Positions 18,535 to 28,340 of a stretch of 45,502 nucleotides of DNA are shown piece by piece. Under the pieces are notes generated by a model that saw nothing but the letters and a program-made list of their open reading frames with translations, did not search any database and was not told the origin of the DNA. Position numbers and translations under genes: made by a program. The first letter of the stretch is position 1. Each line of letters starts with the position of its first letter. The stretch is from Candidatus Hodarchaeota archaeon (lineage in GTDB: Archaea > Asgardarchaeota > Heimdallarchaeia > Hodarchaeales > Hodarchaeaceae), in the NCBI GenBank assembly GCA_029856365.1, contig JAHQWW010000024.1, positions 1 to 45,502 of the forward strand. The letters run 5' to 3'.

Positions 18535-21354
18535 TCAGTCCCAATATTCTCGTGTACGAGCAAAATCAGCTTCATGTTTGTAAATTAGGGAAAGAAGATC
18601 CTCCGTATCTTTTTGAGGTGCCCTGAGAATTCTGATTGCAGTAGTCGGGCCGATACCACGTCCAGCTAAAACGAATGCAGCTTTTTTTCCGAACGATAAT
18701 ATTAAATCAGCCGATTTCTTTGCAGTATTGAGTTCTTTTTTCTCTTTTCGAGATAACTTTGTCTTTTTTGAGACAGATTTCTTTAACAATCCTTTTACTC
18801 CGATTTTATTTTGATGTACAACTGCAATGAAGCGTGAATTACAATTAGGACATTGAATATCTTCTTCTAGACTCTCTACACGTTGAACTTTTTCAAATTT
18901 ACAATCGAGTCTCATACACACAAGTCTTATCCAGGTATTTCTTATTCTTTTTTCCACTTTTTCCAAAATGACATGTGAAGGTCTTAATTTGAGAACATTC
19001 AGAGATATTGGTTGAGTTGCTGCAAATGAAAGTGGAGTTTCAAATTGCTTTACAGAAATTTCTTTAACTTTCAATGTTTCATTATGAATTTGTGAAAAGA
19101 AATCAATTACTGCCTTAACATCCATTTTCTCAAAAAGAATTTCATTAATGGTCTCTTCTCCAATAATCGTATCCTTATAACGAGAGACAAGTAACCTTGT
19201 TACCATTGGTGAGCTTTCTAGGGGCTCCATTATAGCCCCAAAACGTTTCGCTACCTGACGAATCCTCCATGCAAATAGATCACTGTTTCCAATACGATGC
19301 TTTAATAATGGAGGGATGTGTTTAGGTTCAATGGATAAGAGAATAGGCTTTAAATTAGTTGGTCGTGGTAATGAGAGAAAAATAGAGTAAGGATCAGAAC
19401 GAAATTCTATGGAATATCCTTGTTTAGCACCAACTATTGAAGAAACTAATAGTCCTAAGGTTTCATTACCTTTAGAACCTAGGAAGCTGTGAAGAACTTT
19501 TTGTCTTCCTACAGACTCAATAAGAATCTCATTCTTCCTCGGTATAACTCCAAGCTTTTTATGTTCATTAATGAAAGCTAACAGTTCATTTCGAATAGTT
19601 GATGGTTGCATTTCATCTAGAAGATTATTTTCGAATAATTCCTTTGCAGTCTCTGTCACCATCTGAGAAACAGGAATTAATTCACCCTCCCATGTGGGTA
19701 TCGCTGCCTCTGTTAACCCTTTTACCTGACGTACCTCAATTCGATCTTCTTTTTGAGCTAGAAATTCCCAAGGAAGACCATTCAAGATAAAAATAGCTCC
19801 TTTTTCCCCTCTAGTTGAAACAAATGCTTCATCTAATTGCCCCACTCGGTTTTGTCTTCCTATGTCAATAACAATATAATTTCTTTTAGAGGGAATGCTA
19901 CTAAGGTTTGAATAATAATATTTGAAAGCTTTCCGTTTAGCTCTCAAAGAAATAACTCCTGAATCAGGCTCTTTGTTTATATAGAAGAAATAATTTTCCT
20001 TGCCATATTTTAATAGTGGTAAAAGATCCCGAGGAGTGAAATTCTTATATGTGTGTGTACTTGTTATTATTTTCATTATTGTCTGTATTTTAGTCTCTCC
20101 AAAATCAAGTAAAATTCCAATTATACTATGAAAAAGAATATCTAAAGCAAATGAATGGATAGAAGTTGGTTCAACCTCCTCCTTTGAAACACAGTGCTGT
20201 ATTGTGAAAGACTCTAGAAGATCACGTGGAGTTTCTGTTATTATTATACCTTGGCTAACGCGATCTAATCCATGTCCCGCGCGTCCTACTCTTTGAATGA
20301 GGGTTTCTATTCTCCTTGGGCTCATATATTGAATTACTAAACTTACAGCTCCAATATCTATTCCCAATTCGAGGGAAGAAGTCGCAATGATTAATTCTAA
20401 ATTTCCTTTCCTAACCTCTGTCTCCGCTTGTAGTCGATATTGAGCTGATAGACTAGAGTGGTGAACCTCGAAGTTTATTCGTTTATCAATGTCAACATTT
20501 TCATTGTAACGGTTAAATCGATACCCAAGGATTTCTGCTTGTTGTCGTGTATTAGTAAAGAGTAATACTGTTCCTGACTCTTTTTTTACGATTTCAACTA
20601 TCCGAAAAAATCGTGCTGCTGCCTCTTCAGTAGTTTGTAATATTTTGGTAAATTCATGGAGATCTGGAGATAATTGAGTTGGATATTCAATTGTAAGCCG
20701 TAGCTTTTTTAAAGAAGGGATTTCAACAACTTTGCAATTAGTACATCTTGGTGTAAGAAAATTCATTACTTTTTCAGGATTTCCCAGAGTTGCTGAAAGC
20801 CCTATTCGCTGAATTTTTCTACCTGTACGCATAGAAAGGCGTTCAAGGGCAATTGAAAGCTGTACCCCTCGTTTAGTCTCAACTAGTTCATGAATTTCAT
20901 CAATCACTACTGTTTGAACATTTTTAAGCCGTTCTCGTCCAAGAATTTTCGCTGGTAATAAAGCTTGAAACAATTCAGGTGTGGTGATTAAAATTTGCGG
21001 AGGATCTTTGGTTTGTCTTCTTCTTTCCGTACTAGTTGTGTCTCCATGACGAACTGCGATTGATACTCCCAGCTTTTCTCCCAATGATGGCAATACTCGT
21101 CGAAAAATATCCCGATTGAGGGCTTTAAGTGGTGTAATCACCACAGTGGCTATTGGGGTTGATTTTTCAGAAAGAATTCGATGAAGACAAGCGATAACTG
21201 TTCCAAAGGTCTTTCCAGAGCCAGTACTAGCAACAACCAAAACATCTTTTTTAGCAATAATAGCTTCAAGATATTCTAATTGTCCTGGGGTAGGAGAGAG
21301 CTCTAACTCTTCTAAAAGCCTTTGTAGTTGAGGAATCAATATTTCGAACGACAC
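18535..21354 (-). CDS. lhr: Lhr-like SF2 helicase (archaeal)
   Basis: STGSGKT, TPLKALNRD, RHGDT, TTPE, DEIHE, GLSAT, HHSSLS, TSSLELGIDIG, QRVGRAGH, IPTWEGE; C-terminal Cys cluster and GRGIGP HhH-like motif. Confidence 0.95.
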   Translation of the reverse strand: MSFEILIPQLQRLLEELELSPTPGQLEYLEAIIAKKDVLVVASTGSGKTFGTVIACLHRILSEKSTPIATVVITPLKALNRDIFRRVLPSLGEKLGVSIAVRHGDTTSTERRRQTKDPPQILITTPELFQALLPAKILGRERLKNVQTVVIDEIHELVETKRGVQLSIALERLSMRTGRKIQRIGLSATLGNPEKVMNFLTPRCTNCKVVEIPSLKKLRLTIEYPTQLSPDLHEFTKILQTTEEAAARFFRIVEIVKKESGTVLLFTNTRQQAEILGYRFNRYNENVDIDKRINFEVHHSSLSAQYRLQAETEVRKGNLELIIATSSLELGIDIGAVSLVIQYMSPRRIETLIQRVGRAGHGLDRVSQGIIITETPRDLLESFTIQHCVSKEEVEPTSIHSFALDILFHSIIGILLDFGETKIQTIMKIITSTHTYKNFTPRDLLPLLKYGKENYFFYINKEPDSGVISLRAKRKAFKYYYSNLSSIPSKRNYIVIDIGRQNRVGQLDEAFVSTRGEKGAIFILNGLPWEFLAQKEDRIEVRQVKGLTEAAIPTWEGELIPVSQMVTETAKELFENNLLDEMQPSTIRNELLAFINEHKKLGVIPRKNEILIESVGRQKVLHSFLGSKGNETLGLLVSSIVGAKQGYSIEFRSDPYSIFLSLPRPTNLKPILLSIEPKHIPPLLKHRIGNSDLFAWRIRQVAKRFGAIMEPLESSPMVTRLLVSRYKDTIIGEETINEILFEKMDVKAVIDFFSQIHNETLKVKEISVKQFETPLSFAATQPISLNVLKLRPSHVILEKVEKRIRNTWIRLVCMRLDCKFEKVQRVESLEEDIQCPNCNSRFIAVVHQNKIGVKGLLKKSVSKKTKLSRKEKKELNTAKKSADLILSFGKKAAFVLAGRGIGPTTAIRILRAPQKDTEDLLSLIYKHEADFARTREYWD

Positions 21355-21644
21355 GAATTAATATCTTCCATTTGCATTAGGATCAGAAAGAAACTGTTAA
21401 AAAAAGCAGTCAAATTAAATTTGTTTCAACAAGATAGAAAGAATATATACAATTCTTTCGGTTTTTTATAACCAAGAACAAATTCTGAGGGGATGAAGTT
21501 TAAATTCTTCATTAATCTTAAGAGAATTAGTTTTATGGTGAGCTCTTTAAAAAAGAGATGAGAAGTTAGTAATCTAAAGCAAATAATACTCTAACCTTGC
21601 TTTGAGAAATTCTAAAACAGGATTAATGTACATCCGAAGAGATA

Positions 21645-21890
21645 TTAAGATTTAAAAGATACCAAGGTAAACTCATTTTGAATAATTTTATCTAAGCTAG
21701 AAAGGATAATTTTTTCACAGTCAGATGGTTTTCTTGGAAGGACAAAGATACCATAAATATCTGTAAGTTTAATGCAAGGAGGAAATAAATCCCCTATCAG
21801 TACTATATTGTTAAGATAATCGTCTTTCACCAATTCAAAACATCTATGAATCAATTCTCGATTATTTTTCGAGATTAGATTGATTTCCAA
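21645..21890 (-). CDS. Small hypothetical protein
   Basis: 81-aa ORF in an intergenic gap, TTG start; no recognised motif. Confidence 0.35.
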   Translation of the reverse strand: MEINLISKNNRELIHRCFELVKDDYLNNIVLIGDLFPPCIKLTDIYGIFVLPRKPSDCEKIILSSLDKIIQNEFTLVSFKS

Positions 21891-21996
21891 TATGGATCCT
21901 CGGGATAGTGATTACTAAAGGCTTACTTAAGGTTGAGCTCAAATAGATATGAAAACCCTCTCCTTTTAAAAGAATACTTCAAATTGTACCATTATT

Positions 21997-23115
21997 ATGG
22001 TGAATCTCCGAGATTTGGGCTGGCATTGTGGTAGTTATGAGCCAGGTAAAAATAATGCGATAACTGACATTCCTGGGGTTGCAGTTGGTCATAAAACTAT
22101 CATTGAAGGAGAAGGAGAACTGATTCCTGGAAAAGGGCCTATTCGAACAGGCGTGACCATGATTCTTCCTCATGGTGGAAACATTTTCAAAGAAAAAGTA
22201 CCTGCGGGTGTTTTTGTTGCTAATGGTTATGGGAAAGCAACTGGTATTCCCCAAATCTTTGAGACAGGATGTCTCGAAACACCAATAGCAATGACTAACA
22301 CATTAAATGTGGGTTTAGTTTTTGACGCTTTGGTAAGTCACGCAATAAGGAATAATCCTGAAATTGGTATAAAAACAGGATCAGTAGCACCAATTGTCAC
22401 AGAGTGTTTTGACGGTTATTTGAACGATATTCAAGGTCGACATATTAGAGAATCCCATGTCTTAGAGGCAATAACCCAAGCGAAGTCAGCTAGAGTACAA
22501 CAAGGAAACATTGGTGCAGGAACAGGTATGCAGGTTTTCGAATTAAAAAGTGGTATTGGCACTGCTTCGAGGGTTGTACCTAATGAACGGATTGACAGTA
22601 ATGAGGTCTATCACATAGGAACACTTGTTTTACCGAACTTTGGTCGTTTTAAAGACTTTCATTTTTATGGAACTAAAATGGCTTCAATTCTTGAAAAACA
22701 AAAATACTTACCAAAAAGGGACGATGAATGGGTTGCGAAATTGGGAGGTGGATCAATCATAGTTGTAATTGCTACAGATTTACCTCTTAATAGTCGTCAG
22801 CTAAGTAGGCTAGCCCATAGAGGTGCGTTTGGTATTGCACGGACAGGATCAATCCTGAGTCACACAAGTGGAGATTTTATAATTGCATTCTCAACACAAA
22901 ATACAATATTACATGCTAATAAAGATCCATTTCTCCAAAAAACACTATTTAATGACACAAGTCCGTTACTCTCAGATATCTTTAGAATGACTATTGATCT
23001 AGTGCAAGAAGCTATCTATAATGCAATGTTATCTGCTGAAACCTTAATAGGCCGTGATAATCACATTCGTGTTTCATTAAATCCTGAAGATCTTCCTAAA
23101 TCTCCAGAGAATTGA
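21997..23115 (+). CDS. DmpA-like P1/S58 family aminopeptidase
   Basis: NAITDIPGVAVGH, RTGVT, NGYGKATG, ECFDGYLNDI, GAGTGM, G|SIIVVIATD autoproteolysis site, SGDFIIAFST. Confidence 0.94.
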   Translation: MVNLRDLGWHCGSYEPGKNNAITDIPGVAVGHKTIIEGEGELIPGKGPIRTGVTMILPHGGNIFKEKVPAGVFVANGYGKATGIPQIFETGCLETPIAMTNTLNVGLVFDALVSHAIRNNPEIGIKTGSVAPIVTECFDGYLNDIQGRHIRESHVLEAITQAKSARVQQGNIGAGTGMQVFELKSGIGTASRVVPNERIDSNEVYHIGTLVLPNFGRFKDFHFYGTKMASILEKQKYLPKRDDEWVAKLGGGSIIVVIATDLPLNSRQLSRLAHRGAFGIARTGSILSHTSGDFIIAFSTQNTILHANKDPFLQKTLFNDTSPLLSDIFRMTIDLVQEAIYNAMLSAETLIGRDNHIRVSLNPEDLPKSPEN

Positions 23116-23296
23116 ATTAAGGGGAGATAATATAGCCTTTTCAAAAATAAATACATTATCTTCTAGTTATTTTCGATGATGACCCTTTTTTTTCTCTTAA
23201 CGAGGTTTTAGTTTCATTTATTGTCAGGTTATTTACAGTAAAAATACTAGTTAATCTTTTTTCTTGATTAGAGTGTATGGTATTACTTCTTCGTAT

Positions 23297-23390
23297 TGAT
23301 TTACCGCGCCGAGAAGGTGCGTATCTTTCGAGAGAAAGATATTTAAGGCTTGGTGTGTTAGGGTTTGGTGGGATCAAACCCATCAAATCA
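23297..23390 (+). ncRNA. Candidate structured RNA element of unknown class
   Basis: Stems CGCGCC/GGTGCG (loop GAGAA), TATCTTTC/GAAAGATA (loop GAGA), GGGTTTGG/TCAAACCC; closing stem TGATTT/AAATCA. Confidence 0.35.
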
Positions 23391-23396
23391 CTTTTA

Positions 23397-23966
23397 TCAT
23401 AGGAAGGTGAGTAAGATTTTCGGTTTACTTTTACCTTGCAATATCACAGGGATTATTTCTAACACACGTTTTGATCGGTCTTTGAAAACTAATGAAACTA
23501 ATTCTGAGGTCAATGCATAGTCTTCAAGACGAACACAGGTTTCTAGGTTTATCTGTTGTTGGAGTTCGAACATATTTTCAAAGTGGTCTGTTAATTCTTC
23601 GAGTTTCTTAATTAGAAAGGAGGAGTCTTTTGTTGTAACTAAAACGACCAAAAGATTTATCCGTTCATCTATTAAAACTTTTCTTCTCCCTAAATCTATC
23701 ATATTTAAACGAGCTGACCTATCTACAATTTCTCGCATCATTTTTGCTAGAGCTGTGAACCCCATCCCCACTAACTGGTTCTCAATCTGCGATATTGCCC
23801 CCAATTGGAAATGATGTGAAAATAAGCAGATACCATCACTCTTACGAATAATATAAAGGGAAATAAGATGTTTTTTCCAATCTTTAGGAAGTTTATTAGG
23901 AGAATTATCTCTAATTTGGTTTTTAAGCCAAACGAACCTTTTTAATGAATATTTCATGCTCTTCAA
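23397..23966 (-). CDS. Longin-like domain protein
   Basis: LYIIRKSDGICLFSHHF..QLVGMGFTALAKMMREIV..MIDLG..VLID...LVVLVT..LEELTDHFENMF fits a beta-beta-alpha-beta-beta-beta-alpha-alpha longin pattern. Confidence 0.65.
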   Translation of the reverse strand: MKSMKYSLKRFVWLKNQIRDNSPNKLPKDWKKHLISLYIIRKSDGICLFSHHFQLGAISQIENQLVGMGFTALAKMMREIVDRSARLNMIDLGRRKVLIDERINLLVVLVTTKDSSFLIKKLEELTDHFENMFELQQQINLETCVRLEDYALTSELVSLVFKDRSKRVLEIIPVILQGKSKPKILLTFL

Positions 23967-24047
23967 ATGTATTTTTTACAAACGAATATAAGCACCGAAG
24001 TTTTTTTTACAGAGAATCAAGTAAGGATATTTTATTCCTCAATTTAA

Positions 24048-25307
24048 TTAATCGGAAAGATCTACATCATATACAAATTGAAGAGCAATTTCAGCTGCAT
24101 TTGCAATACTTGAACCAGATAATTTTTCAGGGGTATCGTTTAAAGTGTGCCAATAATGAGGAACACCAGTCTTAGCTAAACCAAATAATGTCGTTGCATG
24201 AAGGCCTTTACGTGAAAAGTTTGCAGCATCTGATCCAGCAAACCTCAAAGGCCCAACATTAACAGGCATATTAACTTTATTGGCAGCCTGTGCAACTTTT
24301 TCAACTACCAACGGGGAATGTTTTGCTAAAAACATATTTTCTGCTGTAGCAACAAGAAATAGATCAGCACTCAAGCATTCAAGGTTAAGTAATAGTCCTT
24401 GGCGTTTTTGAAGTTCTTTCTGGTGAAGAGACACAAATCTTTTGGATCCTCTCATATGTTCTTCACCAGCAAAGCTAATCAACCAAATTTCTGTATGATC
24501 AGGTCTGTTCTGAGAAAGAAATCTTCCACATTCAAGTATAGCCGCAACTGCAGTTAAATTATCATTTGCTCCAAAAACAACATTATTAGAACGAAGATAA
24601 AGAGCTAAAATTATCACTAAGATAGTTCCAATTGGGAATATAATTATCTGGACTAAATCAATAACATATAGAATAGTAAAGTTTTGTAACACTCGTATGA
24701 CTGCAAATGGATCTACCTGAGAAAATTGCTGGTCATGAGAAATTAGTACAAGAGTTTTGAGGATACCAAGGAGAGTACTTAAAATCGCAAAAATTACAGC
24801 TAAAATAATTAAGATAGTTGATTTGCCTCCCAATTTACTCAACAAAGGAAATTCATAAGCTGAATCATGGTGACCTGATAAGAGAACCAATTTTTGTGAT
24901 TCCTTACGAGGTTTAATCTTTCCAATGATATGATATTCAGTTTTCTTAGGAAATAAAAAGTCTATCACTTCATAGAGCAGGTTTTGCTGGACAAAATATA
25001 TCCCAAGCCCAATGAAGATAAGAAGACTTGATAACAAAGGATGAATAACGAAATAAGCCACTACTCCAGCTATATAAAACAAAGCTGTTACCCAAATAAA
25101 ATCTAAAAAGCCTCCAGGACGACATGTGAATTCTTCTTGGTTTATTTCATCACAATAATTTTGGAGTTCTTCATAGATGATGTTACCTGCTTTTTTTTCT
25201 TCTTCCGAACCCGCCAGTCGAGGGCCTACTTCATTAAATATTTTCTGAATAAAATCAATCATTCTTTGCCCTGAAGGATCTATTCGGGGTTTAAGTTCTT
25301 TCAACAT
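24048..25307 (-). CDS. Membrane-embedded M28 family metallopeptidase
   Basis: GPRLAGSEEE, SGHHDS, GANDNLTAV, AGEE, SD, YWHTLNDT; TM inserts. Confidence 0.92.
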   Translation of the reverse strand: MLKELKPRIDPSGQRMIDFIQKIFNEVGPRLAGSEEEKKAGNIIYEELQNYCDEINQEEFTCRPGGFLDFIWVTALFYIAGVVAYFVIHPLLSSLLIFIGLGIYFVQQNLLYEVIDFLFPKKTEYHIIGKIKPRKESQKLVLLSGHHDSAYEFPLLSKLGGKSTILIILAVIFAILSTLLGILKTLVLISHDQQFSQVDPFAVIRVLQNFTILYVIDLVQIIIFPIGTILVIILALYLRSNNVVFGANDNLTAVAAILECGRFLSQNRPDHTEIWLISFAGEEHMRGSKRFVSLHQKELQKRQGLLLNLECLSADLFLVATAENMFLAKHSPLVVEKVAQAANKVNMPVNVGPLRFAGSDAANFSRKGLHATTLFGLAKTGVPHYWHTLNDTPEKLSGSSIANAAEIALQFVYDVDLSD

Positions 25308-25386
25308 ATCTCACCTAAATAAACGTGAATACCTTGGTGAAGTATTAATAATTATAATGTTTTCAATGTGTCGATAGGGAGAAAGA

Positions 25387-26262
25387 TTATTTTGATAAGA
25401 ATGGGAAAACGGCCTCGAAAAACTCATTGGGAGTTTCGATCATAGGCCAATGACCACATTTTTCGATTATAACGCGATTTGCTCCAGGTATTTGCTCGTG
25501 AAGAAGCTTAGACCCTAAAACAATATGAGGCATATCATCATCCCCATTGATGATTAATGTTGGAACATTTATGTGGTGAATTAATTCTCTAAGATCATAT
25601 TCAGATGCTTCATTTTTATTGAAGTAATGGTGGGGTTTCGCTGAAACAACCATATTCGTCAAATAATTATTGACTTGTGAAGAAACATTCTCAAAGTTAT
25701 AGAAATGAATGATTGGTAATAAAATTTTGAGAATGGCTCTTTCTTTCTCATTATCAGAATGAATTTCAGTATTTTGAAGCTTTTTGAGAGCGGATAACGC
25801 CTCTCTATAACCTTTCCTTTTCCTTAACCAATTATCATAATTTCCCAGAAAAATATGAGGTGTAGTGTCTATTAAAACGAGACGTTCGACTGTTTTTGAA
25901 TATTTAAGGGCATATTTCAAAGCAACAAATCCACCATGACTGTGAGCAGCGATGGCAATCTTTGGTATCTCAAAAAATTGTCTTAAGGATTCAATATCTT
26001 CGACATATTCATCCAAACTATAAGCATTAGGTTCATTCAAACGTTGTGAACGGCCAATCCCTCGTGGTTCCAGATAGACCATGGTTCTTAATTCTTCAAG
26101 TGGTTTAAGAGTTTCAATGTAGGGAATAGCATCTCCACCCCAACCAGCACCACCAGGTTGGAACAACAAAACTGGTCCCTTACCCTGTACATAATACCAC
26201 AGTTTTACTCCACGAATGTTAACATAATGCTCCCCTGGTGAAAGTTTTTCCTTATGGTACAT
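25387..26262 (-). CDS. Alpha/beta hydrolase (proline iminopeptidase-like)
   Basis: PRGIGRS, nucleophile AHSHGG, PTLIINGDDD, CGHWP. Confidence 0.9.
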   Translation of the reverse strand: MYHKEKLSPGEHYVNIRGVKLWYYVQGKGPVLLFQPGGAGWGGDAIPYIETLKPLEELRTMVYLEPRGIGRSQRLNEPNAYSLDEYVEDIESLRQFFEIPKIAIAAHSHGGFVALKYALKYSKTVERLVLIDTTPHIFLGNYDNWLRKRKGYREALSALKKLQNTEIHSDNEKERAILKILLPIIHFYNFENVSSQVNNYLTNMVVSAKPHHYFNKNEASEYDLRELIHHINVPTLIINGDDDMPHIVLGSKLLHEQIPGANRVIIEKCGHWPMIETPNEFFEAVFPFLSK

Positions 26263-26636
26263 AGTGATAACCTTTGATGGGATTTGAGTAATTTTAATGA
26301 GTTGATATACCTTTTAGCGTCGATTAACAAGTCTTTAATTGCAACATTTGCACTTAAGAGCTTCTTTTGAAGTTAACTCCTTTCTAATTGAAGAGAAGAC
26401 TCGATGATACCTTTTCTAAAATGTACATTTCTTATTCCCTCGCACTATTAAAAAAATTAACTAGAATCATAAATAAAACTAGGATATATGGCAATCATAG
26501 GACATTTACCTTGGTTTTACTTTCTTCTGTGAAAAGCAAAAATAAGATATTCTTTCTTAGACATTGAACTACAAAAAAAGCCCTCAGATTAAGTAGTTGA
26601 GCAGCAGTAATTTCTTAATTACATATAACCAAAATT

Positions 26637-26888
26637 GTGAACATAATGGAAACCAAAGGGTTAATTATCTTTGTTGTATCTATTTTGATCTCTTTAGTGA
26701 GTCTAATTTTGTTTATATTCTTTGATTTCCCGTTTTTGTTCTTATTCCTTTTTTTCCCTTTTGTTTTTGGGATTAAGAGCTCCTTCAGAGGTAGAGAAAA
26801 ATATTCTCGTGCTTTTTGTAGAAGATGTGGTTCCAGATTACCTCCAGATTCGATTTACTGTCCAGATTGTGGAGTTAGTATTGACTAA
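26637..26888 (+). CDS. Small membrane protein with a C-terminal zinc ribbon
   Basis: Hydrophobic N-terminal half; CRRCG..YCPDCG. Confidence 0.75.
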   Translation: MNIMETKGLIIFVVSILISLVSLILFIFFDFPFLFLFLFFPFVFGIKSSFRGREKYSRAFCRRCGSRLPPDSIYCPDCGVSID

Positions 26889-26963
26889 ACTAAAAGCAAA
26901 AATAATTCATATCCGTACTTGACTGATTGAAAAGCATTCGAAAAAAATTAATGTACATAAGAA

Positions 26964-28124
26964 TTGGAACTCAGAACAATGCACTACAGAAAATTAGGAA
27001 AAACAGGAATTGAGGTTTCTGCTTTAGGGTTTGGATGTATGAGGCTTCCAACACTTAAACCTGGAGAACCCGCCATAAATCGTGAGGAGGCAATTCGTTT
27101 GATCAGAAAAGGAATTGATTCTGGAATCAATTATATTGATACCGCGTATCCGTACCACGCGAAAGAAAGCGAGATTGTTGTTGGCCAGTCATTAAAAGAT
27201 GGTTATCGTGAAAAAGTAACTCTTGTAACCAAGTGTCCCGTTGGGCTACCCGATTTCACGGAACCAGCTCATTATGATAAATACCTCAATGAACAACTAG
27301 AGAAACTTGATGTGGACTATCTTGATTTTTATCTTTTTCATAGCATTAATGGCAAAACCTTTCATGAAAAAGTGTTAGGATTGAACCTTATCGAAAGGGC
27401 CCAGGCTGCAAAAGAGGCTGGAAAAATAAAGCATATTGGATTCTCATTTCATGATAAACCAGAGGTTCTAAAGGAAATCATTGACACTGGACATTTTGAA
27501 TTGATGCTGGTTCAGTATAACATTATAGATCAAGTGAACGAAGAAATGTTGGCTTATGCTGCCGAAAATGGGTTAGCTGTGGCAATCATGGGGCCCGTAG
27601 GGGGTGGAAGATTGGCTGGGATACCTCCTCCTAGATCGATGCAGCATTGGTTAACAGCAGATAGAAATAATTTTGTAGATCTTGCTCTCAAATTTGTGTT
27701 AAGTAACCCCAATGTTTCTGTTGCTCTTTCAGGGATGGGATCAGAAGAAATGCTGGATGATAATTTAAAGCTAGTGTCAAAAGAAAACTATAATCTGTTA
27801 ACTAGTGATGAAAAAGACCGAATTCAGAACATTGCAAATAAATTCAAAGAACTTTCTGATGTTGTGTGCACAGGTTGTGGCTATTGTATGCCCTGTCCAA
27901 ATGAAGTGAATATTAAAGAAATCTTCGATTTTTTAATTCGCTATCAAGTATATGGACAAGAAGAAGATGCTAAAAGCATGTATGCTCAGATTGGGAAGGT
28001 TGGCTGGCTACCTGGGAAAGACGCAACAGCTTGTGTTGAGTGTGAAGAATGTCTTGAAAAATGTCCACAAAAAATACCAATAATAGAGCAATTGAAGGAA
28101 GCCCATCAAATTTTAGGGAATTAA
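26964..28124 (+). CDS. Aldo/keto reductase with a C-terminal 4Fe-4S dicluster domain (start probably ATG at 26979)
   Basis: VSALGFGCMRLP, YIDTAYPYH, GFSFH, CTGCGYCMPCP, CVECEECLEKCPQ. Confidence 0.95.
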   Translation: MELRTMHYRKLGKTGIEVSALGFGCMRLPTLKPGEPAINREEAIRLIRKGIDSGINYIDTAYPYHAKESEIVVGQSLKDGYREKVTLVTKCPVGLPDFTEPAHYDKYLNEQLEKLDVDYLDFYLFHSINGKTFHEKVLGLNLIERAQAAKEAGKIKHIGFSFHDKPEVLKEIIDTGHFELMLVQYNIIDQVNEEMLAYAAENGLAVAIMGPVGGGRLAGIPPPRSMQHWLTADRNNFVDLALKFVLSNPNVSVALSGMGSEEMLDDNLKLVSKENYNLLTSDEKDRIQNIANKFKELSDVVCTGCGYCMPCPNEVNIKEIFDFLIRYQVYGQEEDAKSMYAQIGKVGWLPGKDATACVECEECLEKCPQKIPIIEQLKEAHQILGN

Positions 28125-28160
28125 TAGATAGGTATTTAGAATTGATAATAACCTAGTAAG

Positions 28161-28188
28161 AGGAAAGGGTGAACTTTTTCCTTTTTTT
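28161..28188 (+). terminator. Hairpin followed by a T-tract downstream of the aldo/keto reductase
   Basis: AGGAAAGGG-TGAA-CTTTTTCCT followed by TTTTTT. Confidence 0.5.
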
Positions 28189-28340
28189 ACCTCAATTGGC
28201 TTTGATACTGTAAAAGTCGTCGTTGTTTCTGTAAAAGAATACAATCATGAATAGACAAGAGAACACGATTCTTGCATTTTGGAGTTATTTTTAAGTGACA
28301 AACCTTTTTAGGGAAAGAAACATTTACATTACGAATCACA

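Noticed and set aside
23176-23182. C-box-like ATGATGA suggesting a C/D sRNA
   Set aside because: No suitably placed CTGA D box downstream
23156-23386. 76-aa ORF downstream of the longin-like gene
   Set aside because: Low-complexity basic/Ser-rich composition with no motif; overlaps the hairpin element. Cannot be fully excluded
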